Below, one piece after another: positions 38,011 through 50,810 of a stretch of DNA of 64,000 nucleotides. The notes below the pieces were generated by a model, which was given only the letters and a program-made list of their open reading frames with translations, was not told where the DNA came from and did no database searches. Origin of the DNA: Mobula hypostoma (lineage: Eukaryota); assembly GCF_963921235.1 (NCBI RefSeq), contig NC_086097.1, positions 18,044,001 to 18,108,000 of the forward strand. The letters are read 5' to 3'. The translations under genes were made by a program, and so were the position numbers. Every line of letters begins with the position of its first letter. Position 1 is the stretch's first letter.

Positions 38011-39942
38011 CTTTATCCTCCCTTTACATTTATATAATCACAAACAGCAGAGAACCCAGTACAGATCTCTGCAGAACACCACTAACCATGAACCTCCATC
38101 TAGAATAAGTCCCTTTGACAACTATCCTGTCTTCTATAGGCAAGCCAGTTCTGAACCCAAATGGCCAATTCACCATGGATCCCAAGCACCTTAATCTTCT
38201 GCATGACACTCCCATGAGGGGCCTTGTCATGGATGAGACCATGTGGATATCATCCAGAGCTCTACCTTCATCAATCACCCGCATCACCTTGTCAAAAAAC
38301 TCAGTCAAGTTAGTAAGACATGACTTACCTCGCACAAAGCCATACTGGTTCTCCCTACTTAGGCCATGGTTTTCCAAATGCTCATAAATTCTATCCCTAA
38401 GAATTTTCTCCAGTAACTCCCCTACTATTGATGTGAGGCACAATGGTTTATTGTTTCCACAACTATCCCTGGTTCTCTTCTTGAATAATGGAACAACATT
38501 AGCTACTTGTCAGTCCTTCAGGAGGACACAGAGATATTAGTCAAGACCCCAGCAATCTCTTCTCTTGCCTCTCTCAATTACCTGATGTATATCCCTTCAG
38601 CCCCTGGGGACTTATCCAACTTAATGCTCTTTAAGAGATCCAACTCTACCTTTTCCTTTATCTTGAAATGCTCTAGCTTATCAATACATTTGGCATTGTT
38701 CTCCCCATCTTCCACATCCTTCTCCTAAGGTACTCATTAATATTCTCACCTACATCCTCTACACCCAAGGAAATATTCTCACCTTTATCCTTGAATGGTC
38801 CACCATCTCCCTAGTTATCCTCTTGCTCTTGATATATGCTTAGAATGCCTTGGTATTCTCTTTAATCCTACTTGCAAAGGACTTTTCATGGCTCCCCCTG
38901 ACTTGCCTGATTTTCTTCTTGAGTATACCTCTCCTTTCTCTTCTTGACTAAATTCATCATCATTTCTTTTGACATCTAAGGTTCTCTTACCTTGCCATCC
39001 TTGCCCTTCTTCTTACTGGAACATACTTGTCCTGTGCTGTGTGCAGTTGGTCTTTAAACAACCTCCACATGTCAGAAGTGGACTTCCCAATTAACTCTGC
39101 CTAGTTCCTGAATAATACTCTCGTAATTTTCCCTGCTCCAATTTAACACTCTCCCATAGGGTCTATACTTATTCTCATCTATAGCTATCTTAGAATTTCA
39201 GGAGTTGTGGTCACTGTTCCTTAACTACTCACCCACTGAAAGTTTGGTCACCTGGCCGGGCTCATTAGGAAACACCAGGTCCAGCACAGCCTCTCCTCTT
39301 GTTGGGCTATCAACATATTGATTTAAAAAGTCCTCTTGGATGCACCTTATAAATTCTGCCCCATCTGAACCTCTTGCACTAAGAAGGTCCCAGTTTATAA
39401 AAGGCAAGTTGAAGTATCCATGACAACAACACTATTGTTTTACACCTGGCCTGCATATCTGTTCCTCGGTGTCCGTGTGGCAATTGGGGTACAGTCCCAT
39501 CAGAGTGATTGCACCCTTCCTATTTTTTGAGCTCTACCCATCTAGACTCAGTGAACAAGCCCCCCATTATATCCCCTCTGAGTATAGCTGTGATACTGTC
39601 CCGGATTACCAGTGCAACTCCCCCACCTCTTTTACCTCCCTCTTCATCTTTTCACCAAATACTACCTTGAGATTTAGTTTCTTGTAGGCATTTACAGGAA
39701 AATAAAGAAATACAACAGAATTTATGAAAAAATATACAAAGACTGACAAACAACAAACATGTAAAAGACAAATTGTGTAAATAATAAAAAACATAAATAA
39801 CACTGAGTGCACAAGTTGTCGAGTCCCTGAAAATGAGTTTATAGGCTGTGGAATCAGTTTTGAGCTGACACGAGTGGAGTTATCAGCACTGGTTTTGGAA
39901 CTTGATGGTTCTAGGGTAATAGGGACTTGGGAGTCCTTGTGC

Positions 39943-41290
39943 TAATGGCATCTTGGCCTTCATAACAAGGGGAGTTGAGTATAGGAGCAAAGACATCCTT
40001 CTACGGTTGTACAGGGCCCTGGTGAGACCATACCTGGAGTATTGTGTACAGTTTTGGTCTCCAAATTTGAGGAAGGACATTCTTGCTATTGAGGGAATGC
40101 AGCGTAGGTTCATGAGGTTAATTTCCGGGATGGCGGGACTGTCATATGTTGAAAGATTGGAGCGACTTGGCTTGTATACACTGGAATTTAGAAGGATGAG
40201 AGGGGATCTGATTGAAATATATATTATTAAGGGATTGGAAACACTAGAGGGAGGAAAAATGTTCCTGATGTTGGGGGAGTCCAGGACCAGAGGTCACAAT
40301 TTGAGAATAAGGCCATTTAGAACAGAGTTGAGGAAAAACTTTTTCACCCAGAGAGTTGTAGATCTGTGGAATGCTCTGTCTCAGAAGGCAGTGGAGGCCA
40401 ATTCTCTGGATGCTTTCAAGAAAGTGTTAGATAGAACTCTTGATAGCAGAGTCAAGGGATATGGGGAGAGGGCAGGAATGGGGTACTGATTGTGGATGAT
40501 CAGCCATAATCACAGTGAATGGCGGTGCTGGCTCGTAGGGCCGAATGGCCTACTCCTACAACTATTGTCTATTGTCTATTGCAGAACACCCTAAAGGTTA
40601 ACTTGCAGGTTGAGTCAGTTTTGAGGAAGGCAAATGCCATGTTAACATTCATTTCATGGGGTCAAGAATACAAGACCAAGAATGTGATGCTGAGGCTTTA
40701 TAAAGCACTGGTGAGGCCTCACCTTGAGTATTGTGAACAGTCTTGGGCCCCTTATTTTAGAAGAGATGTGCATGGCATTGGAAAAGGACCAGAGGAAGTT
40801 CACAAGGATGATTCCAGGAATGAAAGAGTTATCATATGAGGAATGGTTGATGGCTTTGGGTCTGTACTCGTTGGAGTTCAGAAGGATGAGGGGGGAACTC
40901 ATTGAAACCTTTTGAATGTTGAAAGGCCTAGACAGAGTAGATGTGGAAAGGGTGTTTCCCATGGTGCGGGAGTCTCAGACAAGAAGGCACAGCCTCAGGA
41001 TAGAAGGGCGCCCTCTCAAAACAGAGATGCGGAGAAATTTCTTTAAGCCAAAGGGTGGTGAATTTGTGAAATTTGTTGTCACATGCAGCTGGCCAGGTCA
41101 TTGGGTGTATTTACTAGCCGAGATTGATAGGTTCTTGATTGGACATGGCATCAAAGGTTACGGGGAGAAAATCGGGAACTAGGGTTGAGGTGGAGAAAAA
41201 AAAAGGATCAGCCATGTTTGAATGGTGGAGCAGACTTGATGGGCCAGATAGCCTAATTCTGCTCCTTTGTCTTATAGTCTTATGGTCTAA
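39943..41290 (+). mobile_element. Two tandem CR1 3' fragments (39943-40580, 40581-41290) inside a minus-strand Rex-Babar tail (39650-41460)
   Basis: ORF 39953-40489 and ORFs 40519-41182 repeat the same CR1 C-terminus with different tails, (tattgtc)n and (tcttatgg)n. Confidence 0.87.
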
Positions 41291-41989
41291 TAATAATTTC
41301 TGAACCTGGTGGTGTGGGACCTAAGACTCCTGTACCCCCTGCCCGATGATCATAGTGAAAAGAGAGCATGGTCGGGATGGTGGGGTTTGTTGATGGATGC
41401 TGCTTTCTTGTGGCTGCACTCTTTGTAAATGTGCTCAATACTGGGGAGGGCTTTGCCTGTTATTCTTCAGCCAATAGTAAATGCAAACTGATGCCTCGAC
41501 AGTGCCATCACATGCATTCAGTGGTGTAGTGACCAAGATTTTACACAATACACTGCCTGTGGACTGGCTGGTGTTTTTATTCTTGTGTGTTTTCCTTGGT
41601 CTTATATTCACTATCTGTCTATCTTCTAGGTTCCGTAGCTATATACTACAAGATTTCTCTATGCTCCTGCATTTTGTACTATCCACTCACTTGGTATGTA
41701 GTCCCTCACATGCATTTGCCTCCCCAGCTGCATTACATCAAAATACTTCTGACTGAATCACATTTGTCAGTTTTGTTCTTATCTACCAATCCAATTCTAT
41801 TTCTCAACTGTCTGAAACACTCTTCCTCACCGTAAAACTCTAACAGATTCAATCTCGTGCAAAACTCTTAAATCTTGGCTGCTAACATTAAATGCAACCA
41901 TAACAGAGGAAAATAAAGAACCTAGCAGAGACTCCTGTAGGACATCACAACCAACATCTCCCTTGTCGAAAAATTCCATTTTTTATTTA

Positions 41990-42270
41990 TTATTGATTTA
42001 TTTATTTGGAGATACAGTGTGCAACAGGCCCTTCGGGCACAAAGGGCAACATCACTCAGCAATCCACCTACTTAACACTAACCTAATCACAAGACAATTG
42101 CAATGACCATTTAACTTACTAACTGGTACGTCTTTCAAGCACTGAGGGGAAACCAATGTACTCACGAGGAGAGTGTAGAAAGCCCTAACGGACAGTTTCA
42201 GAATTGAACTCCAGAATCCAGAATGTCCAAACTGTAATAATGTCACACTAACTATTACACTGCTGTGGCC
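41990..42270 (-). mobile_element. V-SINE-related element
   Basis: Reverse-complement similarity to 1354-1655 including the (aaat)n tail. Confidence 0.65.
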
Positions 42271-42689
42271 TTTTGCCCACTGCCCTTTGCTTTATTCCAT
42301 TCAACCAATTTTTACTTTGCCTTAGATCTCATACTAAAAATCTATATTAACTGCTTCAGATGCACTTTCCTTATCAACTTTCCTTATATCACTTGAAAAA
42401 TATTCAACTAAATTAGTTAGGCATGTTGGACTTGGGTCCAGATTGTTGGTCTCATTATCTTTTTCTTTGTAGCCTTAGCTTGCTTTATACTTGCTTATAT
42501 TGTATGTTTATAAATGTCAGTAAACCTTTAGTAATTTATAGTATTTTTGCACCTATACTTCTACAGTTTCCTTGTCTGCAAAGATGAAGCATGAGTCAGA
42601 TTGTACCTGTACCTTCACATATACCTTATCTAAGCTGGTTTAGAGTGGTTTAAAGTATAAAGAGAGAGCATGTTCAATGGGACATCCCC

Positions 42690-45100
42690 ATCTCAATGGG
42701 AGATAGAAAATGCGTGTCAAATGGGCACTGTTACAATATACATGGGGGGTTTCAATATGCAGGTAGATTGAAAAAAATCAGGTTGGTGCTGGGTTCCAAG
42801 AGAGGGATTTTCTAGAATGCCTATGAGATAGCTTCTTAGGGTAGGGGATCAACTATTCTCGATTGAGTGTTGTGTTAGTGAACCAGAATTGATGAGAGAG
42901 TTTAAGGTAAAAGAACCCTTGGGGGAAAGTGATCATAATATGATCAAATTCACCCTGATATTTGAGAAGGAGAAGCTAAAGTCAGATGTATCTATACTAC
43001 TGTGGAGTAAAGGGAAATACAGGGGCATTAGAGAAGAGTTGGCCAGAATTGATTGGAAAAGAACACTGGCAGGGTTGATGACAGAGCTGCAATAGCTGGA
43101 ATTTCGGGAAGCAATCTGGAAGACTCGTGATATATACATCCCAAAGAGGAAGAAGTATTCTAAAGGCAAGATGATATAACCTTGGCTAACAAGAGAATCC
43201 AAAGTCAATATAAAAGCCAAAGAGAGGTCATATAATAGAGCAAAAATTAGTGGGAAGTTAAAAGGTTGGGAAGCTTTCAAATACCAACAGAAGGCAACTA
43301 AAAAAGTCATTAAGATAAAGATGGAATACAAAGGTAAGCTGGCCAATAATATTAAAGAGGATGCCAAAAGTTTCTTCAGATACATAAAGTATGAAAGAGA
43401 GGAGAGAGTGGGTATTGGACTGCTGGAAAACAATGCTGGAGAGGTAGCAATGGAAAATGGCGGTTGAACAGAAGAAGTATTTTGCATGTCTTCACTGTAG
43501 AAGACACTAGCATTATGGCGGAAATTCCAGGTGACGGGGGTATGAAGTGCATGAAGTAACCATTACTAGGGAGAAGGTTCTTGGGAAACTGAAAGGTAGA
43601 TAAGTCACCTGGACCAGGTGGTGTAAGCCCCAGGGTTCTGAAAGAGGTGGCTGAAGAGATCATGGAAGTATTAGTAATGATATTTCAAGAATCACTATTT
43701 CCTAGAATGGCTCCAGAAAACTGGAAAATTGTAAATGGCACTCCACTTTTCAAGAAGGGAGAGAGGTAGAAGGAAGGAAATTATAGGCCAGTTAGTTTAA
43801 ACTCAGTGGCTGGGAAGTTATTTGAGTTGATTGTTAAGGATGCGGTTTCAGGGTACATGGAGGTACAAGATAAAATAGGCCATAGTCAGTATGGTTTCCT
43901 CAAGGGAAAGTCTTGACAAATCTGTTGAAATTCTTTGAAGAGATAGGATAGACAAAGGTGAATTAGTTGATGCTGTCTACTTGGATTTTCAGAAGGCCTT
44001 TGACAAGGTGCCACACAGAAGGCTGTTTAACAAGCTATGAGCCTATGGTATTACAGGAAATATACTAGCATGGGTAAAGCAGTGGCTGCTTGGCAGGAGG
44101 CAAAGACTGGGAATAAAGGGAACATTTTCTGGTTGTCTGCGAGTGCCTAGTGGCGTTCTACAGGGGTTTGTGTTGGGGCTGATTCTTTTTACATTATATG
44201 TCAATGATTTGGTTCATGGAATTGATGGCTTTGTTGCAAAGTTTGCAGACATTATGAAGATAGATGGAGGGGCAGGTAGTTTTGAGGAAGTAGAGGGGCT
44301 ACAGAAGGACTTAGACAGATTAGAAGAATGGGAAAAGAAATGGCAGATGGAAAACAATGTCGGAAAGTGTATGGTCATGCACTAAATGGAGATAAACTTT
44401 AAAGTCCTTGTGCAGGATTTCCTAAAAGTTAACTTGCAGGTCGAGTCTGTGATGAGGAAGGCAAATGCAATGTTAGCATTCATTTCAAGAGGACTAGAGC
44501 ATAAAAGCAAAGATGTAATATTGAGACTTTATAAAGCACTGGTGAGGCCTCATTTGTACGATTGTGAGCAGTTTTGAGCCCATTATCTTAGAAAGGATGT
44601 GCTGAAACAGAAGTTTCAAAGGAGGTTCATGAAAATGATTCCAATTTTGAACAGCTTGTCATATGAAGAGCATTTGATCATTCTGGGCCTGTATTCACTT
44701 GAATTCAGAAGAATGAGGAGGTGACCTCATTGAAAGCTTTTGAATGGAGAAAGGCCTTGATAGAGTGGATGTGGAGATTTCCTGTGGTGTGAGAGTCTAA
44801 GTCCAGAGGACACAGCCTCACAAGAGGGGCATCCTTTTTGAACCGAGATGAGGTGGAATTTCTTTATCCACAGAATGGTGAACCCGTGGAATTCATTGCC
44901 ACAGGCAACTGTGGAAGTCAAGTCTAAATGTATATTTAAGGCAGAGGTTGACAGATTCTTGATTGGTTGGGGCATGAAGGTATACAGGGGGAAAGCAGGA
45001 GGTTGTGGCTGGGAGGAAAAATGGATCAGTCATGATGAAATGATGGAGCAGACTCGATGGGCCAAATGGCCTAATTCTGCTCCTACATCTTATGGTCATG
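42690..45100 (+). mobile_element. Long decayed CR1 LINE
   Basis: EPLGESDHNMI, NYRPVSL, YLDFQKAFDKVPH, KFAD and LVRPHL remnants; 3' UTR. Confidence 0.9.
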
Positions 45101-45224
45101 TTGCTTCTTTTTTTTTAGCAACACATACAGAATGCTGAACAAACTCACAGGTCAGGCACTATCTATACAAGGGAAGAAATAGTCGACCCTTCTGTTGTCA
45201 GCCATTGGTCAAACTGCGCTTCAA

Positions 45225-47775
45225 AGTTTAAAGCTCAAAGTAAAATGTATTATCAGAGCACATACATGTCACCACCCACAAGCCTGAGATTCTTTTTCCT
45301 GTGGACATACTCAGCAAACTTAAAAATAATAACTGTTGTTACGTAACCGGCAACAATGAATATTAATCAAGATAGGTTTTATAAAAACAACCAAACATTT
45401 ATTAAACGCGTATAAGCGATAAGGAAAAAAAAAACAAAGAAAAACTTTAACCGGAGGTTAAACAGGTACGCAGCCGTTCATCAACTCCACTTGGCTCTGG
45501 TTCTTAAAGCGTTAAATGCGGAAACAGTTCTTAAAGCGATATAGTCAGATATAGTTCTCAAAGCGATAACTTCAACAGTCCAACAGTTTTACGCATTCAA
45601 TTGGGAGAGACTTCGCTAGAGAATGATTTCTTCACTGACGCACCTTTACTGCCGGTTCTGTCCACAGGATTCCCGATGCCGAAAATAAACAGTTTAAAAC
45701 GACTGACCTTAAATTCCTTTTAGAGAGAGAGCCTTTTTGCATGAACTCATGCGCTTTTACAAGAGTTATCTCAATGCAGGTTCTCTTCAACGAAGGCTCA
45801 ATAAGGTCGATCCTTTATTAAACTGCCAACGATGCCGACTTCTCTCGATCCTTCACTTTGATGAATTCTTCACTCTCCCTTCAAAACTGTCGGAATTGAG
45901 TAAATTGGCACTTCCAGCCACAAATTCCCAGTCCAAGTAATATGGAATCTTTCAACAGAACGTACAACCGTTTTAAAAATGAAACTGCGTCACAAAAACA
46001 AACCTGGAAATCTACAAACTCAAAAACCCACTGCATCACCTGAGTCGACCCTTATATAGTCACGGGGGCAGGGGGGGGGGCACATGTCATGTCATCACGT
46101 GACCTCAAAACGGCAGGAAAATCACATCAGGTGACCTCCAAAAGACCGTTACAGCATTCTCACAAAAAGACAGATCTCCTTGAGCATGTAACACTGTAAA
46201 CAGAATCAAGGAAAGAGTGAGAATGGAAGACAACAAGCTGTTGAAAGGCAAATATAAATAAATAGCAATCAACAACGAGAGCATGAAATAACAAGATAAA
46301 GAGTCCTTAAAGTGGGATCATCGGTTGTGGGAACAGATCAATGGATAACTGTAATTATCCTCTTTTGTTCAGGAGCATAATGTTTGAGGGCAGTAACTGT
46401 TCCTAAACCTGGTGATGTGAGTCCTGAGGCATTTGAAACCTTCTGCCTGATGGCAGCAGTGAGAAACGAGCGTGGCCTGGGTGGTGAGGATCTTTGATGA
46501 TGAATGCTGCTTTCCTACAGCAGCGTTTCATGTAGATGTGCTCAGTTGTTGGGAGGGTTTTACCTGTGGTGTACTGGGCTGAATCCACTGCCTTTTGTAG
46601 GATTTTCTGTTCATGGGCATCATTGTTCCCTTACCAGGCCATAATGCTGCTAGTCAGCACGCTTCCCACTACACTTCAAACCTTGAAGTTTGTCAAGGTT
46701 TTTGATGTCATGCCGAATCTCTGAGCCTTCTAAGGAAGCAGAGGCTCTGTCAGGCTTTCTTTGAAATTCATTTATCTGATGGGTCCAGGACAGGTCCTCT
46801 GAGATAGTGGCATCCAGGAATTTAAAGTTACTGATCCTCCAATGAGGACTGGGTCATGTGCCTCTGGTTTCCCTCTCCTGAGGTCTACGATCAGTTTTGT
46901 AGGTCGTGCTGATATTGAGTGAGAGGTTGTTGTTGTGACACCACTCAGCCATATTTTCATTCTCCCTCCTGGATGTTGATTCATCACCACCAATGATGTG
47001 GCCCACATCAGTGGTGTCATCAGCAAACTCGAATATGGTGTTGGAGCTGCACTTACCTACACAGTCATAGGTGTAAAGCAAGTAGAGCAGGGGGCTAAGC
47101 ACACAGCCCTGTGGTGCACCTGCGCTGGTGGAGATTGTGGAGGAGATGTTTTTGCCTATCATAACTAACTGGGTTCTGCAAGTGAGCAAATCCAGGATCC
47201 AATTGCCCAGGGAGTATTGAGGCCCAGGTCCTGGAGTTTATTGATTAGTTTTGAGGGAGTGATGGTGTTAAATGCTGAGCTGTAATCGATAAAGAGCATC
47301 TTGATGTATGCATCTTTGCTGTCCAGATGTTACAGGGTTGTGTGAAGTGCCAATGGGGACCAATTGTTCCGGTAGACAAATTGGAGTGGATCCAAGTGGA
47401 CACTCAGACAGGAACTGATATGTCTTAACACCAGCCTCTCAAAACACTTCGTCATTGTGGATGTAAGTGCCAGTGGGTGATAATCATTGAGGCAGGTCAC
47501 CCCACTCTTCTTGGGCACTTCTATGATTGAAGCCTACTTGAAGCAGATGTGTACCACACACTGCCAAAGTGAGAGACTGAAGATACACCAGCCAGTTGGT
47601 CGGCACAGGTCTTCAGTACTCGGCCAGGTACTCCGTTCAGACTGGATGTTCTCCTTGGATTCACTCTCTTGACGGCAACCCACACGTCACCTTCAGATTC
47701 TGAGACCAAAGGATCTTTGGGAGATGTAGGGATGCACAATGGTTCCTCCATGTTCTAGTGTCAAAGCCTGCACAG
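45225..47775 (-). mobile_element. Rex-Babar LINE, decayed, containing a solo LTR
   Basis: [30 protein letters not shown] and LLPSGRR remnants. Confidence 0.87.
45337..46193 (-). mobile_element. Solo LTR, 857 bp
   Basis: TGTTAC...GTAACA termini; ctgt TSD at 45333-45336 and 46194-46197; minus-strand TATATAA near 46055 and AATAAA near 45400. Confidence 0.88.
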
Positions 47776-47782
47776 AAGGTGT

Positions 47783-48340
47783 TGTGAGTATTGTGAGCAG
47801 TTTTTGGCTCCTTATCTGAAAATAGATGAGCTTACTTTGGAGAATGTCCAGAGGAGGTTCATGAGAATGAGCCCAGGAATGAAAGGGTTAATGTGTGAGG
47901 AAAGTTTGATGGCTCTGGCCTGTACTCACTGGAGTTTAGTAAAATGAAGAGGTGATCTCATTGAAACCTATTGTATATTGGAAGATCTAGACAGAGTGTA
48001 CATGGAACAAATGTTTCCTATGGGGGTTGGGAGTCCAGGACTAGAGGATACAGCCTCAGAGTAGAAAGATGTCCCTCTAGAAAAGAGATGAAGAGGAATT
48101 TTTTCAGCCAGAGGGTGGTGAATCTGTGGAATTCATTGTTACAGGTGGCTCTGGAGACCAAGTCATTGGATATATTTAAGCAGCAGTTGATAGTTTCTTG
48201 ATAAGTAAAGATGTCAAAGGTTACAGGGAAAAGGCAGAAGAATGGGGTTGCAAAGAAAAATAAATCAACCACGATGGAATAGCAGAGCAAACTTAATAGA
48301 CCAAATGATCTAACCCTGCTCCTAATTTTAATGGTCGTTT
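47783..48340 (+). mobile_element. CR1 3' fragment
   Basis: KRNFFSQRVVNLWNSL remnant and 3' UTR. Confidence 0.8.
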
Positions 48341-48344
48341 GTTC

Positions 48345-48480
48345 TTGTCCTGATGAAGAGTCTCAGCCCGAAATGTTGACTTTATCCTCTTTCATAAATG
48401 ATGCCTGACTTACTGAGTTCCTTCAGTATTTTGTGTGTGTGTTGCTCAAGATTTCCAGCATCTGTGCTCTCTTGTGCTTA
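48345..48480 (+). mobile_element. PLE terminal repeat starting at a decayed hammerhead (48347-48380)
   Basis: GUC-CUGAUGA-AGAGUCUCAGCCC-GAAAU-GUU-GAC followed by the PLE tail. Confidence 0.7.
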
Positions 48481-48919
48481 TGGTTCTTTATTTAGTTGCC
48501 TTTCTTGCTGGTACAGGATGACCCTGTCTGACCTGTCCTATGGTGAACATCTAATAGAGTGGTTGTAAACATGAATTTTGTGCCTCATCCTTGACTTCTG
48601 AAGAACCTTATTTGCAACATCATCTCCAGAACTACAGACAGAGCCTTCCCTTAACAAATAGATGATCGTTGTTCTGCATTAATCTCTGCCCCCAACTTTG
48701 CTGACTTATGCTGTCTCTCACTTATTCCCCCAATAACTGATGTTAGGCTATTGTTACTTGACCTATTTCTCAAACATCACACCGCAGCCAAAGAATTTTT
48801 TTTTGTAATGTCCTCCCTTGCTTTACTTAAGAGCTTGGGAAACATTTTAGTTGAGCTATGTATAATGATATGCCCAATTTTAATATTTAAACCCCTTAAT
48901 CTACTAGGTTTATAATTGC

Positions 48920-49750
48920 CATACATAGAAGTACAGTGCAAAATTTGTCTCATGTACCATTTATAGAGATCAATTCATTACAATGGTGCATTCAGGAGTA
49001 CAAGTTAAAACAATGATAGAGTACAGAATAAAGTGTTACAGTTACAGAGGAAGTGCAGTGTAGGTAGATAATAAGGTGCAAGGTCATAACAAAGTAGATT
49101 GAGGTCAAGAGTTCACCTTCCCATACCAGAGAACCAATCTATAATTTATAATAGTATGATGGAAGCTGTCCTCAAGCCTGGTGATCGTGATTTCAGGCTT
49201 TTTTTATCTTCTGCCCAATTGGAAGAGGAAAAAGAAAGAATATCAAGGTGGTGGGGTCTTTAACTACAATAGCTGCTTTTCTAGGGCAGCAAAATGCGTG
49301 GATAGAGTCTATAGGGGGAGGTTGGTCTTCATGATGTTCTGATCTGTGTCCACCACTGTCTTAATTTCTTGTGGTCATGGGGAAGTGGTTGAGGCAGGTT
49401 CGATGTTGTCATTTAAAGTTAAATTGGATAGCTATATGGACAAGAAAGGAATGGAGGGTTGTGGGCTGAGTGCCGGTCAGTGGGACTAGGTGAGAGTAAG
49501 AGTTCGGCATGGACTAGAAGGGCCGAGATGGCCTGTTTTCGTGCTGTAATTGTTATATGGTTATATGGGCGAGCAGCTACCATACCAAGTTGTGATACAC
49601 TGATGCACCAAGATAGAATGCTTCCTTTGGTGCATCAATAAAGATTGGCAAGGATTAAAGGGGACAATGCCAAATTTCTTTAGCCTCTTGAGGAAGTAGA
49701 GATCCTGGTAGATTTTCTGGCCTTGGTGTCCTCATGCTTGGACCAGAGCA
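48920..49750 (-). mobile_element. Decayed Rex-Babar 3' fragment with a short CR1 tail insert (~49380-49567, +)
   Basis: Reverse-complement LYFLKRLKKFG remnant; the insert ends in (gttatatg)n. Confidence 0.6.
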
Positions 49751-49991
49751 ACAAGTTTTCTGCCTCTTCCTTGCCTTCTGAAAGAACCTTAGATCAAAAT
49801 GTCACAATCCAACACCATTGATTTCTGAATTATGATCACTGCCTGCAAGATGCTCCCTGGTGACACCATGGATTAATTTGAAAATAGTTCACATTAGAAG
49901 GAATGGAATTGAATGCTAGTGGCAGATTCAGTCAGTGTCAGGACTTTATTAGATAAAGTTAGGTCAGTGCATTATACAAATTACTCAATTT

Positions 49992-50810
49992 AGGAGTGGT
50001 ATAGTAGAATAGCGGTTAGTGCTTCACTCTACTGTGCTAGCTGATTGAAGTTCAAAACCCACCTGTAAAGAGCTTGTAAGTTCTCCCTGTGACCATGTGG
50101 GTTTTCTTCCAGGGCCCAAAATCCTTCTACATTCCAAAGACTTATGGGTTAGTGTTAGGTTTTGTAAGTTATGGGCATGCTATGTCACACCAGAGGCATG
50201 GTGATCGTTGCTGCTTTTCACTGTTTTGATGTACTGTATTGTATCTAGGGTGCCCAGACTTTTGCACAGTACTGTAGTAATTTTATATATTGCAGTGTAC
50301 CACTGCCACAAAGAAAAACAAATTTCATGACATACGTGAGAGATGATAAACCTGATTCTGATATGGGTCTCTATTGTGGATTGAGAGTGGGAAGGGGGGT
50401 GGCAGAGGGAACTCTTGGTTGGGAAAAGGGGAAGGGAGAGGGGAGGGAGCAGGAAGCACTAGAGAGACATTCAAGAGACATTCTGTAATGATCCATAAAC
50501 CAATTGTTAGGAATCAAATGCCCTTGCCTGGTATCTCAGCGCTGGGTGTGTCTGCACCTACCCCAACCCCGCCCCTGGTACTTCTTGTCAGCCACCTGTC
50601 CCACAGCTCCCCCACCCCCCGTGATGCTCCGCCTTCGCCCTTCGCAACATCCTTTGCTCCCACCAGATTTACATACCCGCTCTCCGCTCCATGTTGACAA
50701 ATACCCATTCTCAGGCACCCTAGCTATATCAGCAGTAAATGAGCTTAAGACTTTCGCACAGTACTGTACATGTGACAAATAAAGCTAATCTTCAATCGTT
50801 AATCTGAATC
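49992..50810 (+). mobile_element. V-SINE interrupted by a composite Tc1-MITE-like repeat (~50233-50768)
   Basis: V-domain gttctccctgtgaccatgtgggtttt; agactt(t/c)gcacagtactgta occurs twice (~50256 and ~50748). Confidence 0.55.

Larger units (their letters stand above)
36113..39650 (-). mobile_element. Long decayed CR1 LINE with two nested inserts
   Basis: Remnants PTRGEAVLDLV (endonuclease end), QYGFVRGKSCLTNL (RT), YKALFRPHLEHC and a 3' UTR at 36113. Confidence 0.88.
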
